Shown piece after piece: positions 41,232-51,771 of a DNA stretch of 64,000 bases. Below the pieces are notes generated by a model, which saw nothing but the letters and a program-made list of their open reading frames with translations, was not told the DNA's origin and made no database searches. The translations under genes were made by a program, and so were the position numbers. This stretch comes from an uncultured Phycisphaerales bacterium (GTDB lineage: Bacteria > Planctomycetota > Phycisphaerae > Sedimentisphaerales > Anaerobacaceae): contig CAVYYI010000001.1 in NCBI GenBank assembly GCA_963772725.1, positions 576,001 to 640,000 on the forward strand. Reading direction: 5' to 3'. The first letter of the stretch is position 1; each line of letters opens with the position of its first letter.

Positions 41232-42146
41232 ATGAAGTATCTTGAGATAATGCGTCCTTCGCACTGGACAAAAAATATGTTTGTTTTTGCGGCCCTTATA
41301 TTCGGGAAAAAGCTTTTTCGTCCTTTGGATGAAATGGGAGTAGCGGTCGCCAGCGCGATAGGAGGTTTTATATGTTTTTGTTTGGCGGCGTCGGCAATTT
41401 ATATTTTGAACGACATAATCGACCGTCAGACGGACAAACTGCATCCGGAAAAAAGCAAAAGGCCGATAGCGGCAGGGACTGTAAGTATCGGTGCTGCCGC
41501 TGTGATATCGATAATCTGCGGAGTTTGCGCGATTGTCAGCAGCTATATGATTATCCATACATTTGCGATTATTATCATCGCATATATTTCGCTTATGATT
41601 TTATATTCTCTGCTGCTTAAAAAAATGATGATTCTCGATTGCGTGGCGATAGCGACAGGTTTTTGTCTTCGAGCGGTTGCCGGTGCGATGGTGGTAGGGG
41701 TGTTCATTTCACCATGGCTGATTATATGTACATTTGCGTTATGTTTATTTATGGCGTTTGGCAAGCGCCGCAGCGAAATAGAGCAATTGCGTGAAAACAG
41801 CGAATATTTCCGTAAGACACTTGCGGGTTATACACCGGAACTGCTGGCTCACATGCTTGATGTAACCAGCGGGTTGGCGATAGTTTGTTTTTTGCTTTAC
41901 GCGATGGACAGCAGAACTTTTCAACTCTTCGGCACGAATAACCTGGTTTATACCACGCCATTGGTGCTGTATTGTATTTTCCGGTTTAGCGCGCTTATAC
42001 AGAAAGGTAAATATTCAGGGCCTGTGCAGCTTATTTTGCACGATGTGCCGTTTCAAATTGGTTTTGTTTTGTGGGTTTTGTCATGTACGGCGATAATTTA
42101 CGCTAACAGGCTCGGCATCAGCCTTGGCGGGATTTGGGCGTACTGA
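41232..42146 (+). CDS. UbiA-family prenyltransferase (decaprenyl-phosphate phosphoribosyltransferase-like)
   Basis: RPSHWTKN, NDIIDRQTDKLHPEKSKRPIAAG, GKRRSE, multiple TM helices. Confidence 0.88.
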   Translation: MKYLEIMRPSHWTKNMFVFAALIFGKKLFRPLDEMGVAVASAIGGFICFCLAASAIYILNDIIDRQTDKLHPEKSKRPIAAGTVSIGAAAVISIICGVCAIVSSYMIIHTFAIIIIAYISLMILYSLLLKKMMILDCVAIATGFCLRAVAGAMVVGVFISPWLIICTFALCLFMAFGKRRSEIEQLRENSEYFRKTLAGYTPELLAHMLDVTSGLAIVCFLLYAMDSRTFQLFGTNNLVYTTPLVLYCIFRFSALIQKGKYSGPVQLILHDVPFQIGFVLWVLSCTAIIYANRLGISLGGIWAY

Positions 42147-42210
42147 CACAAATTAACACTGTTTGAAAAGTAATAAGATTAAAATCAGTGTAATCAGCGA
42201 AACAGTGTTT
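42146..42210. repeat. Inverted decamer-family pair
   Basis: ACACAAATTAACACTGTTT / AATCAGTGTAATCAGCGAAACAGTGTTT. Confidence 0.65.
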
Positions 42211-42222
42211 AAGAGGATTAAG

Positions 42223-42942
42223 ATGGCTGAAGAAAGATTACAAAAAGTTTTGGCGGCGGCGGGTGTGGATTCGCGGCGAAAGTGCGAAGAATTGATACTT
42301 ACCGGGGCTGTGAGCGTGAACGGCAGGGTGGTGAATAAACTGCCGGCGTTTGTCGATACCGACAAAGATGTTATAATGGTCGGCGGCAGAAAGATTCAGG
42401 CGGCTGAAAAAGTATATTTTCTTTTGAACAAGCCCAAAGGAGTTATTTGCACGAATTTCGACCCGCAGGGCAGAATAAAGGCGACAGACCTTATAAAGAC
42501 TCGCCAGCGGATATTCTGTGTGGGCAGACTCGATGTTGACACGACAGGTTTAATAATCCTGTCGAATGATAACGAACTGGCAAACAGGCTGACACATCCG
42601 AGGTATGAACTGCCAAAAACTTATGTCGCGGAGGTTAAAGGTTCAGCGGAGGCGGAGGCTGTCGAAAAACTGCGAAAAGGAGTTTGGCTTGCGGGAGGCA
42701 GGACAGCGGGGGCATCGGTAAAAGTGATACATCGCGGTCATGACAGGTCGCTGCTCGAAATCACCATCAGTCAGGGGCTGAATCGACAGGTACGCCGGAT
42801 GCTCATCGCTGTCAGTTTATCTGTGAAGTCGCTTAAAAGGACTCAAATCGGCAGGATAGACGATAAAGGCCTGGGCGTCGGCAAATTCAGACTGCTGACT
42901 AAAGGCGAAGTCGCGTACCTGAAAAAAGTTACAGCCGGCTAA
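42223..42942 (+). CDS. rluB: rRNA pseudouridine synthase (RsuA/RluB family)
   Basis: S4 domain ERLQKVLAAAGVDSRR, NKPKG, GRLD, GLNRQVRRM. Confidence 0.85.
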   Translation: MAEERLQKVLAAAGVDSRRKCEELILTGAVSVNGRVVNKLPAFVDTDKDVIMVGGRKIQAAEKVYFLLNKPKGVICTNFDPQGRIKATDLIKTRQRIFCVGRLDVDTTGLIILSNDNELANRLTHPRYELPKTYVAEVKGSAEAEAVEKLRKGVWLAGGRTAGASVKVIHRGHDRSLLEITISQGLNRQVRRMLIAVSLSVKSLKRTQIGRIDDKGLGVGKFRLLTKGEVAYLKKVTAG

Positions 42943-43048
42943 ACAATTCGGGGAAGAGGGGAGAACACCACAGAGGGTTTTTAGTGGATTTTCTTCGTGG
43001 GATGTATTATGGTATTGCGATAATTTACATTTTTTGTAAGGAACCATA

Positions 43049-43258
43049 ATGCCGGTATTTGAATATAAATGTGTGGATTGCGGGAAGATAAGCGAGTTTC
43101 TGGTGAACGCGGGCGGTAATACGCCTAAAGGCTGTTCGCACTGCGGCGGGAAAAAACTGGAAAAACAGTTTTCGGTTTTTGCGCCACGGATAAAAGAAGG
43201 CCAGTCGAAGAAATGTCACGGGTGCAGTGACCATTCGTGTCCGCACTCAAGTCATTAG
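43049..43258 (+). CDS. FmdB-family zinc ribbon protein
   Basis: MPVFEYKCVDCG..CSHCG..LEKQFSVF. Confidence 0.85.
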   Translation: MPVFEYKCVDCGKISEFLVNAGGNTPKGCSHCGGKKLEKQFSVFAPRIKEGQSKKCHGCSDHSCPHSSH

Positions 43259-43277
43259 CTATGCTATGACAAAAATT

Positions 43278-43370
43278 AACCACGAATGAACACGAATATA
43301 CACCAATTAAAAAGGATACGGATTAACACGGAATTTTTTAGACACAGATTAACGCGGATTAACACTGTTT
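43278..43370. repeat. Three consecutive decamer arrays
   Basis: CACGAATGAA CACGAATATA CACCAATT; GATACGGATT AACACGGAAT; GACACAGATT AACGCGGATT AACACTGTTT; related copy at 32819-32836. Confidence 0.8.
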
Positions 43371-43397
43371 ATTAAAAAAACTCAAAGATAGAGAAAT

Positions 43398-45964
43398 ATG
43401 AGCGAGAAAAAGGGCGGTTATAATTTTAACGAGATAGAAAAGAAATGGCAGCATTACTGGCAGGAACATAAGACATTTAAGGCGATTGACTGTGATAAGT
43501 CGCGGCCGAAATATTATGTGCTCGATATGTTCCCGTATCCGAGCGCACAGGGACTGCATGTCGGCCATCCTGAGGGTTATACCGCCAGCGATATAGTGGC
43601 CCGCTATAAACGGATGAAGGGATTTAATGTGCTGCATCCGATGGGCTGGGATGCGTTTGGTCTGCCTGCGGAGCAATATGCGGTCAAGACCGGCACGCAC
43701 CCGGCGGTGACGACGCAGAAAAATATCGACAATATGCGCAGGCAAATCAAGTCGCTGGGCTTCAGTTACGACTGGGACAGGGAGGTCGATACTACCGACC
43801 CGAAATATTACAAATGGACGCAGTGGATTTTCCTGAAACTGTTCAACAGCTATTTCGATGAAAAACGAGCAAAAGGCAAGGCCGATTGAGCAGTTGCCGA
43901 TTCCGGCGGGGCTGAGCGAAGAGGAAAAACGAAAATATATAGACGACCAGCGGCTGGCTTATGAGGCGGAGGTGGCGGTCAACTGGTGTCCGGCACTGGG
44001 GACGGTGCTGGCAAATGAAGAAGTGGTCGGCGGAGTCAGCGAGCGCGGCGGCCATCCGGTAATCAGAAAGCCGATGCGGCAGTGGATGCTGCGGATAACA
44101 AAATATGCCGAGCGGCTGGCTGGATGATTTGGACGAAGTCGATTGGCCTGAATCGATTAAAAAACTGCAACAGGACTGGGTGGGCAAAAGTGTCGGCGCG
44201 GAAGTCGATTTCAAGGTTGATGGCTACGATGAGAATATTCGTGTTTTTACCACCCGGCCGGATACGCTTTTCGGCGCAACTTATATGGTGCTGGCGCCGG
44301 AGCATAAGCTTGTCGATATAATTACAACGCCCGACAGGAAAAAAGCCGTTGTAAGAATTACCGTGAAGCAGCTGCCCGCAAAAGCGACCTCGACAGAACC
44401 GATTTGGCAAAAGAAAAGACGGGCGTTTTCACCGGCGCTTATGCGATCAATCCTGTCAATGACACAAAGATTCCCATCTGGATAAGCGATTATGTTTTGA
44501 TAAGCTACGGCACAGGCGCGATTATGGCTGTGCCTGCGCACGATGAAAGGGATTTCGAATTTGCGAAGAAATTCAATCTGCCGATTATTCAGGTGGTTAA
44601 ACCGCCGAACCCCAAAGAGGCAGAATTAGTCGAAGAGGGCAAGTTATGTTTTGCTGGTGACGGCATTGCGATCAACAGCGGCAAGTTTGACGGGCTTCCC
44701 ACCGCCCGAATTCAAGGAGCAGATCACAAAATGGCTTGAAGGAAAAGGGCTGGGCAAAAAGGCGATCAATTATAAATTGCGGGACTGGCTTTTCAGCAGG
44801 CAGCGATACTGGGGTGAGCCGTTCCCGATTGTGCATACTGAAGAAGGCGGGATCATCGGTCTGACGGAAGCGAATTGCCGCTTGAATGCTGCCGCGAGGT
44901 GAAAAATTATAAGCCCGCCGGAACGGGCGAGTCGCCGCTGGCGAATGCTAACAGAGTGGGTGAATGTCACGCTGCCACGATGGCTCAAAGGCCAGACGCG
45001 AGACTAATACGATGCCGCAGTGGGCGGGAAGCTGCTGGTATTATCTGCGGTATATTGACCCGGATAATGATAAAGACGGCTGGGACAGCGCAAAAGGAAA
45101 AATACTGGATGCCCGTCGATTTGTATATCGGCGGGGCAGAGCATGCGGTGCTGCATCTTCTGTATTCGCGGTTCTGGCACAAGTTGCTCTATGATTTTGG
45201 CTATGTCAGCACAAAAGAGCCGTTCAAGAAGCTCATCAATCAGGGGATGATTCTCGGCGAGGACGGCCAGAAGATGAGCAAGTCCCGCGGCAACGTCGTC
45301 AATCCCGATAAGGTTATTGACTGATTACGGCGCCGATTCGATGCGGCTTTATGAAATGTTTATGGGGCCGTTGGAGGCGACAAAGCCGTGGAGGATGCAG
45401 GGCGTCGAGGGTGTGCATCGGTTTTTGCAGAAGGCTGGCGAATGGTCATTAACGAAGAGACTGGCGAACTTGCAGACGGCGGTAAAGGATGCGCAGGCCG
45501 ATGAGGAGACGCTGCGGCTGCTGCACCAGACGATTAAAAAAGTCGGCGATGATATTGAGACTTTTGGTTTTAATACGGCCATCAGCCAGATGATGATTTT
45601 TGTAAATCATCTTAGGCAGCAGGACGTGCGGCCCAAACGGTGGTGGAAAAATTCGTTTTGATTCTGGCGCCGTTTGCCCCGCATATTGCCGAAGAACTCT
45701 GGGCGAGGCTTGGGCATAACGAGACGCTGGCTTATGCAGCCGTGGCCGAAGTATGACAAGGAGCTTATCAAGGAAAAAGAAATTGAACTGGCCGTGCAGG
45801 TCAATGGCAAGATAAAAGACAGGATTATTGTGCCTGCTGAGGCTGATGAAGAGCAGATAAAACAAATGGCGCTAAGCAGCGAGAAGGTTATTGCAGCTCT
45901 GGCCGGCAAGAGCGCCAAAAAAGTCATCGTTATAAAGTCGCGATTGGTAAATATCATTATCTGA
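43398..45964 (+). CDS. leuS: Leucine--tRNA ligase (many frameshifts, probably sequencing indels)
   Basis: [57 protein letters not shown] in order across about ten frame fragments. Confidence 0.93.
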
Positions 45965-45980
45965 CATCAGGGCAATATTT

Positions 45981-46520
45981 ATGGCTGTCGAGATTGAGGC
46001 AAAACTTAAAGTCCGCTCGCACGAACCGGTTAGACGTAAGCTTTCTTCGCTTGGTGCCGAGCTTATAGCTGAGCAGACTCAGAACGATTGTTATTTCGAT
46101 AATGCGGAATCAGTTTTTGCCAGGACTGACAAATGCCTTCGATTACGGCGGGAAAAGGCCGGCAGGAACGAAAAAATAATTCTTACGTATAAGGGCGCTA
46201 AAGAGCAAAAGAAATTCAAAACAAGATGTGAAATTCAATCTGAGGTTGCGGATGGCAACGCGGTTGAAAAATTGCTTTGCGAACTCGGTTACCAAAAGGC
46301 GCTTGTTATCAGGAAAAAACGCCAGCTTTGGCATTTTAGCCGGTGCGAGGTTGCTCTTGATTATTTGCGTGAGCTGGGCAGATTCGTTGAAATTGAGGGA
46401 CCCAATGAGCGGGTCATCGCCAATGCGCAGAAAAAACTCGGATTATCCGATTTGCCCAATATCAAAGAAAGCTATGCTCATTTGATTGGTCAAAAGTTAA
46501 GGCCGCAAAGAAAAAGATAA
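45981..46520 (+). CDS. CYTH/class IV adenylate cyclase family protein
   Basis: EIEAK, LRLR, LTYKG, KKR, LGRFVEIE. Confidence 0.88.
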   Translation: MAVEIEAKLKVRSHEPVRRKLSSLGAELIAEQTQNDCYFDNAESVFARTDKCLRLRREKAGRNEKIILTYKGAKEQKKFKTRCEIQSEVADGNAVEKLLCELGYQKALVIRKKRQLWHFSRCEVALDYLRELGRFVEIEGPNERVIANAQKKLGLSDLPNIKESYAHLIGQKLRPQRKR

Positions 46521-46544
46521 ATTTTTTAGGGATTATGACGAATA

Positions 46545-47492
46545 ATGATTAAGCCAGATGACGGTTATATCGCTTATATAACAAATCCCAAGGCCGGCGC
46601 AAGCAGCCGCAAATTGTCCGGTCAGTATTTTCGCGATTATCTTATAAAGCGGAAGTTCGAGCTTAGAGTGGATTATACTACGTCGCTTGAAAACGCGTGT
46701 GAATTGGCGGCACACGCGGCGGGAGACAGCAGATGTTCGATGGTTGTGGTCTTAGGCGGCGACGGCACGGTACGCGAGGTCGCGCAGGGAATGAAAGGCA
46801 GCGATAAACCGCTGATGATAGTTCCAGGCGGGACCGAAAATCTGCTGGCTAATGAACTTGGTTTTAATGAAAAGGTCAAAACAATAATAACTGCCTTCGA
46901 GGCGGGTTATACCCGGCAATTGGACCTGGGAAAAGTAAACGGTAAATGCTTTACCTCGATACTCGGTTTTGGTTTTGACGGCGAAATTGTGAAACTGGTC
47001 AGCAGTCGCCGAAACGGGCATATAACACATTTCGCTTATTTTCAGCCGATATGGCGGACGTTCTGGACGCACAAATTTCCGCGGATGAAGGTGGATGTGG
47101 ACGGCAGCGAAATTTTCAATGGCACCGGCATGGTCTTTGTCGGCAACATTTCGAGATATGCGGTGGGGTTCCAGATATTGCATAACGCCAATTTCAGCGA
47201 CGGACTGCTTGATATCTGCATCTATAAATGTTCCTCAAAAATCCATCTTGTGAAACATTCCCTGATGACAGTTCTTAAACGACATACTTTCGGTTCCGAT
47301 GTCATTTATTGCCAAGGTAAGAATATTACTGTGAGTTCTGAAGTTAAGAATACTCCGACCGAAATTGACGGCGACCCGGGGCCGGCGTTACCGGCTGATA
47401 TTAAAATTATTCCTCACGCCGTTAAAGTTATAGCCCCAGAAGGCGCAAAACCAGCGGGAATAAGAACAAGAATTATAAGAGCATTAACATAA
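46545..47492 (+). CDS. Diacylglycerol kinase family lipid kinase
   Basis: NPKAG, GGDGT, PGGTENLLA, EIDGD. Confidence 0.9.
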   Translation: MIKPDDGYIAYITNPKAGASSRKLSGQYFRDYLIKRKFELRVDYTTSLENACELAAHAAGDSRCSMVVVLGGDGTVREVAQGMKGSDKPLMIVPGGTENLLANELGFNEKVKTIITAFEAGYTRQLDLGKVNGKCFTSILGFGFDGEIVKLVSSRRNGHITHFAYFQPIWRTFWTHKFPRMKVDVDGSEIFNGTGMVFVGNISRYAVGFQILHNANFSDGLLDICIYKCSSKIHLVKHSLMTVLKRHTFGSDVIYCQGKNITVSSEVKNTPTEIDGDPGPALPADIKIIPHAVKVIAPEGAKPAGIRTRIIRALT

Positions 47493-47495
47493 GAA

Positions 47496-47571
47496 AAATT
47501 AAAAATCAAAATGCAAAAATTAAAAATAGGAAAACATAATTTTTGTCATTGCGAGCGAAGCGAAGCAATCT
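47496..47571. repeat. Heptamer array AAATNAA followed by GTCATTGCGAGCGAAGCGAAGCAATCT element
   Basis: AAATTAA AAATCAA AATGCAA AAATTAA; element at 47545-47571. Confidence 0.7.
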
Positions 47572-47759
47572 TATCCGGCTGTTGCCATTTGAGGGAACTT
47601 TTGATATTATTGTTTCATCGAAAGGTTTGGATTTCGAATATCGCGTTATGGCGTTTAATAAATCTGGTCAAGAAAGGCAAGTAATATGATGATGATTTTG
47701 TAGTTTGGAATAGCGAAATGAAGGGGAAAATGTAAGTTGGAGGAAAGCTAACAATAAAC

Positions 47760-49287
47760 GTGACTGTAGCATAAATACCGGTATATTTAAGGAAATCTTG
47801 GTGTCTTAGCCGATAAAACTCCTGGAAGAACAGAAATAAACTGAATTTTTCAGGAGACACGATTATGGCTGGGCCAGGTGAATATGTATCGGATGTAACG
47901 GAAGGTATTACGTGTGTTAAAGATTTACCCAAAGCTAAAATCAAACGACTTTCACGCACATACAAAAAGCGTCCGTGCCCCTATTGCGGCCACCCATCCT
48001 ATCGGGACAAAATATTCAGACGAAAACTGCATGACCTCGGAGACTTGGCTGGCAACCGTCCAATCGACCTTTGGGTCAGTTATTCACAGCACTGCTGTTC
48101 AAAATGCAAGAAGTACTTCAATGCCGACCTGTGCGACCTTGCGGATCCCGGCTGCCACTATACCCGCCGGGTTGTTCACCTGGCAGTGCGATTGGTTGTG
48201 GAAGACGGCCTGCCATATCGGCCGGCATCCTGGCACTTATGGCGAGATCATCGGGTTTTCGTCCCCTGGGCTACAATTCAAAACTGGGTTGAAGCGACGG
48301 GGGGAAAAAGCTGAGAAACGAATTACTGCTGAATACCTTGATGGTGTTCTGACTGATTTCTCCGGTTATATCGCGGCGGATGAATTATATGATGGGCCGT
48401 TCTGTGTATTGTCCATCGTGGATAACCGCACGTTCAAACGGCTCATTTACGATGTTCTTGACCATAATCCCACCCATGAAGATATGATAAACTTCTTTCG
48501 TCGGTTCCGTACGGAACTGGATCAAAGAGGTCTGACACTGCTTGGTGTTACGACCGATGGCTCGCCGTTATACCCGGAGCCGCTGGCTCTGATATTCCCC
48601 GGTGTTGCCCACCAGGTATGTGAATTTCATGTTCTCAAGGAGATCAATAGAGAAATACTCAAAGCTGTTACGCGGGTGCGACGAGAACTCAAAAAGAAGC
48701 TGCCCAAGCTGCAACGCGGCCGTCCATCGTCCTCAACCGCGAGAAAAGCGGCATCTCGAAAGAAAAAACAGACCGATGAGATTGCCGATTTGTTTGAGCA
48801 TCGACACTTGTTTGTGCAGCATTCGCTCAGTAAGGCAGACAAGAAGATATTCTCACGTATAACGCGAAAATGCCACAATCTGAAAAATTTACGTTCGATC
48901 ATGGATCAGGTCTACAGACTCTTTGATCGCCGTTGCCGCACGGAAACAGCCTTGGAAAGGTTGGCTGTCTTGCGCCGCCATGTTCGACGATTCAAAACGT
49001 TGGGTCAAACTCTTAAGAAACTATTTACGCCGAATATTGAAAAGGCGTTGACCTTTCTCGATGATTCACAACTGCCATCGACATCCAACGCGGTTGAACG
49101 AGGTTATCGTCGTCATCGAAAGATGCAAAAGAGTGTCTATAGAGTGCGAACTCAAGACCATATTAGCCAGCGTGTGGCCATTGATATGCAGCGTGACGAG
49201 CAGTCCCAAGGCCGTTTACAAACTATAACAATGCTTCATAATGAGAGGACTGGAATGGTATGTTGCCGGTAAAGATGCTACAGAGTC
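47760..49287 (+). mobile_element. Complete 1528-bp insertion sequence (ISL3/IS256-related DDE type)
   Basis: 8-bp direct repeat CAATAAAC at 47752-47759 and 49288-49295; imperfect terminal IRs GTGACTGTAGCATAAATACCGG / rc GACTCTGTAGCATCTTTACCGG. Confidence 0.88.
47865..49272 (+). CDS. DDE transposase in two overlapping frames joined at GGGGGGAAAAAG (48299-48310)
   Basis: Zn-ribbon CPYC/CSKC and HTH in ORF1; ADE, TTDG, HQVCEFH, TSNAVER in ORF2. Confidence 0.85.
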
Positions 49288-49319
49288 CAATAAACAAATA
49301 ATTAAGGTTAGTTTTTAAG

Positions 49320-49766
49320 ATGGTTAAAAAAATACAAGGAATTCAAGCTGAGCAACCTTTTGAGTTTTCTGCGAAGGATGTTATACGGGAACCCAAAATA
49401 GGAATTATTACAGAAGCATATCCTGTCGGTGAAAGAGAATACCGCATTCTAACAGAACAACATTGGGTTCATTGGTTAAGCCCAATTGCATTTGCAAGTC
49501 TTGGTGTATTTGTAAAAGAATTATATAATCTAATCGCTTTAGCATTTCAAGAATTTAATGGTAATGTAAAACGCGAGATGTTGATTAATGAAATATCGAA
49601 ATCGAAATTGATTGTAATAGTTTCTTTGGCCATGTTTATTATTCTTTTCTTGGTTAATAAATGTGTGCCAACAGAGAAGAAAAAGTTGCTTAAAAATATA
49701 CGAACAACGTTAGACAGTAATTCCAGTGTCATTGCGAGTAAACGAAAGGGGAAAGCCTGTGACTGA
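49320..49766 (+). CDS. Hypothetical two-TM protein, AT-rich
   Basis: 148-aa ORF with two hydrophobic segments. Confidence 0.65.
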   Translation: MVKKIQGIQAEQPFEFSAKDVIREPKIGIITEAYPVGEREYRILTEQHWVHWLSPIAFASLGVFVKELYNLIALAFQEFNGNVKREMLINEISKSKLIVIVSLAMFIILFLVNKCVPTEKKKLLKNIRTTLDSNSSVIASKRKGKACD

Positions 49767-50211
49767 AACAAATCTACCCAAAGAATTTATTCCATTTGAA
49801 GAATTGAACTTCTGTAGCAATATTATACGAAATTGCAATATAGCTATTATGATGGATCAGACCCCAATCGTATTAGTAGGCAAGGGTAACCAGCCACAAA
49901 TATGGTTATGGGGACTCGTGAATCCAAAGGCAAAACTTTTGGCGCCAATGGTATATTCTAATTCTGTAAGAATATTTACAGCACCAATTAAGGTTGAATC
50001 GAAGAACAATTATACTCGTGTGAAATTGAACGACATAATAATAATTGAAGCAGTGAAGGATTCGGAGACAAAAGCAAGGGTCGATCAGCTTGATTTACGG
50101 CCTCTCGGATTTAATATCTCCGGGAACTCAACCACTCTTAATGTTGGAACAAATGTTATGAGTGGGAACCAGATATCAGGGGGAAGAGCTTTCATTGCTA
50201 TTGGTCTTTAA
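49759..50211 (+). CDS. Hypothetical beta-rich protein coupled to the upstream gene
   Basis: GTG start overlapping upstream stop, AAGGGG RBS. Confidence 0.65.
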   Translation: MTETNLPKEFIPFEELNFCSNIIRNCNIAIMMDQTPIVLVGKGNQPQIWLWGLVNPKAKLLAPMVYSNSVRIFTAPIKVESKNNYTRVKLNDIIIIEAVKDSETKARVDQLDLRPLGFNISGNSTTLNVGTNVMSGNQISGGRAFIAIGL

Positions 50212-50327
50212 GAATAGGTTAAAATGAGATTGTTAGGCAAAGAAACAATTATTTTAGAAGCAAAGTCCGAATGTGGGTTTTGCTGAAAAATTATATAAAC
50301 AATAGTTGGACATTTGCAAAGGACACT

Positions 50328-50875
50328 ATGGATGCATTTGAGGCGGTTGTCGCCATGCTATTACGTCGTGAGGGATATTGGGTAATTCCAAGTTTTAAAG
50401 TTGACCTTACGAAAGATGAGAAACGTGCTATAAAACGGCACTCGTCTCCTCGTTGGGAAATTGACCTTGCGGCATATAAAGGCGCAACTAACGAATTAAT
50501 TGCTATAGAGTGTAAGTCGTTTCTTGATTCGATAGGTGTTGTATTCAAAGAAGGCACTTACAGCCTCCAAAGAGGTATAAATTATTCACTGAACCGACCC
50601 TTAGAGATGTTGTTCTCAAACGTCTTGGTGAACAACTTGTTGCGTCACAATCGTGTTGTTCCCAGCCAATTGTTCGTCTTGCGCTTGCTACTGGTAAAAT
50701 TGCGAAAAAAACAGACCGAGATAAAATGCGTGCTTATTTTGAGGCTCAAAATTGGATTTTATATGACGATCATTGGATTCAATCTAGGCTTCGTACTTTA
50801 CAAGACACTCGATATGAGGACGACATTGCCCATGTGGCGGCAAAACTTGCGCTTCGTGGCGATAGAGAAAGATGA
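50328..50875 (+). CDS. PD-(D/E)XK restriction-endonuclease-like protein (frameshift near 50560)
   Basis: FEAVVAMLL..EGY, EIDLAAY, IECKS; continues RYKLFTEPTLRDVVLKRL..AAKLALRG in alternate frame. Confidence 0.65.
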
Positions 50876-50937
50876 AAAGATTGCTATACAATGGTGGAAA
50901 AAAACAAAATAAAAAAATTTTTGGAGACAACGAGAAA

Positions 50938-51768
50938 ATGAGCTTTGTAATTGGCGGTGAGAAAAGTAAGACTGTAAAAGTCGGATTGGATGAAGCCTTG
51001 TTTGTAATGGCTGGGCCGTGCGTCATAGAAGAAAAGGAGATTTGTCTTGAAATAGGACAAAGGCTCGCGGAGATTGGCAGCAGAACCGGTATCGGCATAA
51101 TTTATAAGGCCAGTTTCGATAAGGCTAACCGCACCAGCATATCAAGTTTTCGCGGCCCGGGGCTTGAGAAAGGACTTGAGATTCTCGCGGCTGTTCGTGA
51201 CAAGACGCACCTGCCGATTATGACCGATGTACACGAGCCTTCGCAGGCCGCCAAAGTGGGTGATGTCACGGATTGTCTGCAGGTTCCGGCTTTTTTATGC
51301 AGGCAGACAGATTTGCTTATCGCCTGCGCTGAGACTGGAAAACCGGTGAATGTGAAAAAGGGGCAGTTCATATCTCCCGGCGAGATGAAGAACGTCGTTG
51401 AAAAAATTCGGGCGTGCAATAACGAAAAAATAATGCTGACCGAACGCGGCACGTTTTTCGGATACAATCGTCTGGTTAATGATATGACGGCTATTGAGGC
51501 CATGAAAAAGCTGGGCTGTCCGGTGATTTTTGATGCGACGCACAGTACGCAGCAGCCGGGCGGTCTGGGTAATGCCAGCGCGGGCCAGCGTGAAATGGCT
51601 CCTGTGCTTGCAAGGGCGGCTGTCGCGGCAGGCGCAAATGGTCTTTTTATAGAGGTGCATACCGACCCTGCAAAAGCCAAATCCGATGCCGCCTGTGTTA
51701 TGCCTCTCGAATGGGTGGAAGGCTTGCTGATGGCCTGTAAAAAAATCTTCGAGATTGTGCGTGGTTAA
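50938..51768 (+). CDS. kdsA: KDO 8-phosphate synthase
   Basis: AGPCVIE, KASFDKANRTS, PAFLCRQTDL, KKGQF, DATHS. Confidence 0.96.
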   Translation: MSFVIGGEKSKTVKVGLDEALFVMAGPCVIEEKEICLEIGQRLAEIGSRTGIGIIYKASFDKANRTSISSFRGPGLEKGLEILAAVRDKTHLPIMTDVHEPSQAAKVGDVTDCLQVPAFLCRQTDLLIACAETGKPVNVKKGQFISPGEMKNVVEKIRACNNEKIMLTERGTFFGYNRLVNDMTAIEAMKKLGCPVIFDATHSTQQPGGLGNASAGQREMAPVLARAAVAAGANGLFIEVHTDPAKAKSDAACVMPLEWVEGLLMACKKIFEIVRG

Positions 51769-51771
51769 AAA

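Noticed and set aside
43398..45964. leuS as a true pseudogene or programmed recoding case
   Set aside because: Essential gene with intact motifs; window-wide indels point to sequencing error
50232..50238. GTTAGGC attC-like core between islet genes
   Set aside because: No complementary RYYYAAC or hairpin upstream
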